DNA of 64,000 nucleotides from Patescibacteria group bacterium (lineage in GTDB: Bacteria > Patescibacteriota > Patescibacteriia > JBHPGJ01): assembly GCA_042570545.1 (NCBI GenBank), contig JBHPGJ010000005.1, positions 5,529 through 69,528 on the forward strand, read 5' to 3'. Positions 61,519 to 64,000 of the stretch are shown one piece after another (positions within the stretch are counted from its first letter, which is position 1; the number at the start of each line of letters is the position of its first letter). The position numbers and the translations under genes were made by a program. Below the pieces are notes generated by a model. It made no database searches. It worked only from the letters and a program-made list of their open reading frames with translations, and was not told the origin of the DNA.

Positions 61519-62355
61519 ATGAAAGTATTGATATTGGGTGCCAAAGGAATGTTGGGGCACGCTTTAGTAGAAGTATATAAGGAACATGATGTAATAGCGT
61601 GGGATCAGGAGGAGCTTGATATTGCCAACAAAAGTAAAGTACGTGAAATAATACCAGAAACTAAGGCTGACATAATAATAAACGCAGCTGCCTTTACTGA
61701 TGTAGACGCCTGTGAAGAAAAAAGGGCTACAGCCTATAGAGTCAATGGCGAAGCGGTGGGCTATCTTGCACTGGCAGCTGATGAAATGAACATACCGATA
61801 GTACATATTAGCACCGACTACGTTTTTAGCGGTAAAAAGAAAGAGGGTTATAGCGAAGAAGATATACCTGAACCAATTAATTCTTACGGCCGATCAAAAC
61901 TACGAGGTGAACAGCATCTAAAAGTAAATGCCAAACAATATTATCTTATACGCACGGCTTGGCTTTTTGGACCAGATGGTAATAATTTCGTTAAGACGAT
62001 AGCAAAACTATGCAAAGAAAAGAACCAGATTGAAGTGGTAAACGACCAGTTTGGCAATCCCACCTATTCTAAAGACTTAGCAGCAAATATTTACAGGTTA
62101 GTATATGAAAAGCCAGATTTTGGTATTTATCACTTTACCAATAGTGGAGTGGTGAGTTGGTATGACTTTGCTAATGAAATTGTGAAGTTAATAAATCCTC
62201 AATGCAAGGTGTTACCAGTTGATTCTGATAAAAATAAAAAACCGGCTAAAAGACCAGCTTATTCAATTCTACTAAATAACAAGTTTTATAAGATGCGTAA
62301 TTGGCAAGATGCTTTGAGAAATTATATCTATAAAATTGACGAAGATAATGAATAA
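61519..62355 (+). CDS. rmlD: dTDP-4-dehydrorhamnose reductase
   Basis: GAKGMLG, AAFTDVD..E, ISTDYVF.G, YGRSK..GE, DQFG.PT. Confidence 0.94.
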   Translation: MKVLILGAKGMLGHALVEVYKEHDVIAWDQEELDIANKSKVREIIPETKADIIINAAAFTDVDACEEKRATAYRVNGEAVGYLALAADEMNIPIVHISTDYVFSGKKKEGYSEEDIPEPINSYGRSKLRGEQHLKVNAKQYYLIRTAWLFGPDGNNFVKTIAKLCKEKNQIEVVNDQFGNPTYSKDLAANIYRLVYEKPDFGIYHFTNSGVVSWYDFANEIVKLINPQCKVLPVDSDKNKKPAKRPAYSILLNNKFYKMRNWQDALRNYIYKIDEDNE

Positions 62356-62372
62356 AGAGTAGTATATTTATT

Positions 62373-63107
62373 ATGAAAGGTATTATTTTAGCCGGAGGAG
62401 CGGGGACCAGATTGCACCCCATAACAAAAGTTACCAGCAAGCAATTACTGCCGATATATGATCGGCCAATGATATATTACCCCCTGCAAACATTACTAAA
62501 TGCCGGTATTAAGGAAATACTAATTATTGTTGCCCCAGAAAATGCTGGTGACTATTTAAAATTACTTGGATCAGGCAAAGAATTTAAAGCAAAATTTGCT
62601 TATGAAATTCAAGATAAGCCCGAAGGCTTAGCCCAAGCATTTATTATTGGTGAGACATTTATTGGTGATGATAATGTAACCATGATACTTGGCGACAATT
62701 TATTTTTAGCAGATACTGGACCGATAACACAAGCAATTCAAAATTTTAAATCTGGTGGCATCATAATCACGCGTGAAGTGAATGATCCCGAGCGCTTTGG
62801 CGTAGCCAAGTTTGATGATAAAGGTGAATTGGTAGAAATTATAGAGAAACCTAAAGATCCGCCAAGTAATCAGGCGGTTACCGGTCTATACGTGTATGAT
62901 AATAGGATTATCAAATTTGCCCAACAATTGAAGCCATCGGCTCGGGGAGAGTTAGAAATTACTGATCTCAACAATATTTATCTAAAAAATAAAGAACTGC
63001 AAGCTATTGAGTATAAAGGGAAATGGCTCGACACCGGCACATTTGACACTTTGCTTGATGCGGCCAATCACGTAGCCGAATTGAATAGGGGATCTAAGTT
63101 ATTTTAA
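62373..63107 (+). CDS. rmlA: Glucose-1-phosphate thymidylyltransferase (short form)
   Basis: LAGGAGTRL.P.T, SKQLLPIYD, GLAQAF, LGDN, EKP, SARGELEITD, WLDTGT. Confidence 0.93.
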   Translation: MKGIILAGGAGTRLHPITKVTSKQLLPIYDRPMIYYPLQTLLNAGIKEILIIVAPENAGDYLKLLGSGKEFKAKFAYEIQDKPEGLAQAFIIGETFIGDDNVTMILGDNLFLADTGPITQAIQNFKSGGIIITREVNDPERFGVAKFDDKGELVEIIEKPKDPPSNQAVTGLYVYDNRIIKFAQQLKPSARGELEITDLNNIYLKNKELQAIEYKGKWLDTGTFDTLLDAANHVAELNRGSKLF

Positions 63108-63999
63108 TTCTGTTTAGACCCTGGCTGGCTGAATAATATATCACATCATTTTCGGTAGTCATGATTATATCTGCCTCCAGAGCTTGAGATAATAATTTTT
63201 CTTTTTGTAATTGAGTTTCAGAGTCCGTATCGATCAAGTACACTCCTTTTTTTTGTTTATACAGTAAATGATAATTATTAAACCAATTAATTTCTGCAAT
63301 ATTAGCCGAGGTTCTCTCAAGTAGATTCAATTCATAATCATGACTAGAACTTGCTACCCATATTTCATTTTCCGAAGCTAGAAAAAAAGCAGAACGATTT
63401 TTGTTCCAGGCCGTGGTGCGTGGTATAAAGGTGAGGTTGATATTTAATAATTGCTGACCGTCAAGTAATAGCATCAGTGGTTTGGTATTTGATATCAAAC
63501 CAATATGATGGTTGATTGAATTCTCGATAAAATTATAATCATCATTGGCCAAAGCATACTCTTCAATAGTATCCCCGTTGGTTGAAATTAATTCTAATGA
63601 AGTTTTGTCAGTTAAGGTCCACAACTGGTCACTGGAAGCCTTTATTGACGATATTATATTATCAGAACGAATAATGTTTATACTGCGATCAGCTAATTTA
63701 ATTAAATATAGTTGTTTGCTGGTCTGGGCAATTAAATTTACACCATTGAGCCAGTAAACTTCGGAAAACGACAACTGGCTAAGTGCTGGCAAAGTAGTGA
63801 TGTCATTATTTGCTCGGTCAACAACGCTATATTGTCCTTCACCGGTTTTAATTAAAATTTTATTTGAATCATCTGACCATTTTGCGGATATTATTTTCTT
63901 ACCAATTGTTATATCCTGCTGATTGTTATTGTCGATATTTATTATTTGTAAAACTGAATCCTGTCCAGACTCTAAATAAGCTAAAAATTGTTGATTTGG
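63094..63999 (-). CDS. Hypothetical protein with beta-propeller-like repeats; 5' end lies beyond the window
   Basis: Frame stays open from 63999 (PNQQFLAY...KWSDDSNKILI); W-S/N-x-D/N repeat-like turns. Confidence 0.65.
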   Translation of the reverse strand, partial: PNQQFLAYLESGQDSVLQIINIDNNNQQDITIGKKIISAKWSDDSNKILIKTGEGQYSVVDRANNDITTLPALSQLSFSEVYWLNGVNLIAQTSKQLYLIKLADRSINIIRSDNIISSIKASSDQLWTLTDKTSLELISTNGDTIEEYALANDDYNFIENSINHHIGLISNTKPLMLLLDGQQLLNINLTFIPRTTAWNKNRSAFFLASENEIWVASSSHDYELNLLERTSANIAEINWFNNYHLLYKQKKGVYLIDTDSETQLQKEKLLSQALEADIIMTTENDVIYYSASQGLNRIKIT

Positions 64000-64000
64000 G

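Noticed and set aside
318-63757. Many short antisense or alternate-frame ORFs (e.g. 2630-2986, 3623-3970, 9252-9575, 34702-35034, 49775-50110, 59766-60077)
   Set aside because: They overlap well-supported genes and show no independent motifs; consistent with shadow ORFs.

Overview
AT-rich, gene-dense bacterial window; the gene complement suggests Patescibacteria/CPR (inference only, not a marker-gene call). Layout: (1) 1-1.5 kb, the tail of a defence-like cluster (UvrD/HelD-type helicase C-terminus, NDT-like DUF4406-type protein, RxxxxH HEPN-like protein), with an imperfect 29-bp repeat and a decayed glyoxalase/VOC gene end. (2) 1.5-4 kb, a metal/redox cluster (bis-heme ferric-reductase-like membrane protein, Cys-less cupredoxin, VIT1/CCC1). 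(3) 4-8.8 kb, purine interconversion (amidohydrolase, guaB, long-form guaA). (4) 8.9-14.5 kb, cell-surface proteins (Asn/Thr-rich stalk protein, catalytically degenerate HtrA-PDZ, subtilisin with FG-GAP-like repeats and an exact 275-bp internal duplication). (5) 14.5-63.1 kb, a ~48-kb surface-glycan locus: nucleotide-sugar enzymes, three polyprenol-P-sugar synthase-type GT2s, five GT4s, four GT-C-type membrane proteins, GtrA and two Wzx flippases. It also carries three sulfotransferases with their own PAPS supply and recycling (cysD, cysNC, cysQ), three methyltransferases with SAM-cycle genes (metK, ahcY, PfkB nucleoside kinase), an AsnB-type amidotransferase and two tandem HprK-like kinases. 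The best candidate for an undescribed system is this self-provisioning glycan decoration locus, especially the GT-C / kinase-pair / flippase / GT-C cassette. No rRNA, tRNA, CRISPR array, transposase or integrase was recognised. All product calls are from motif recognition by eye; no searches were run.
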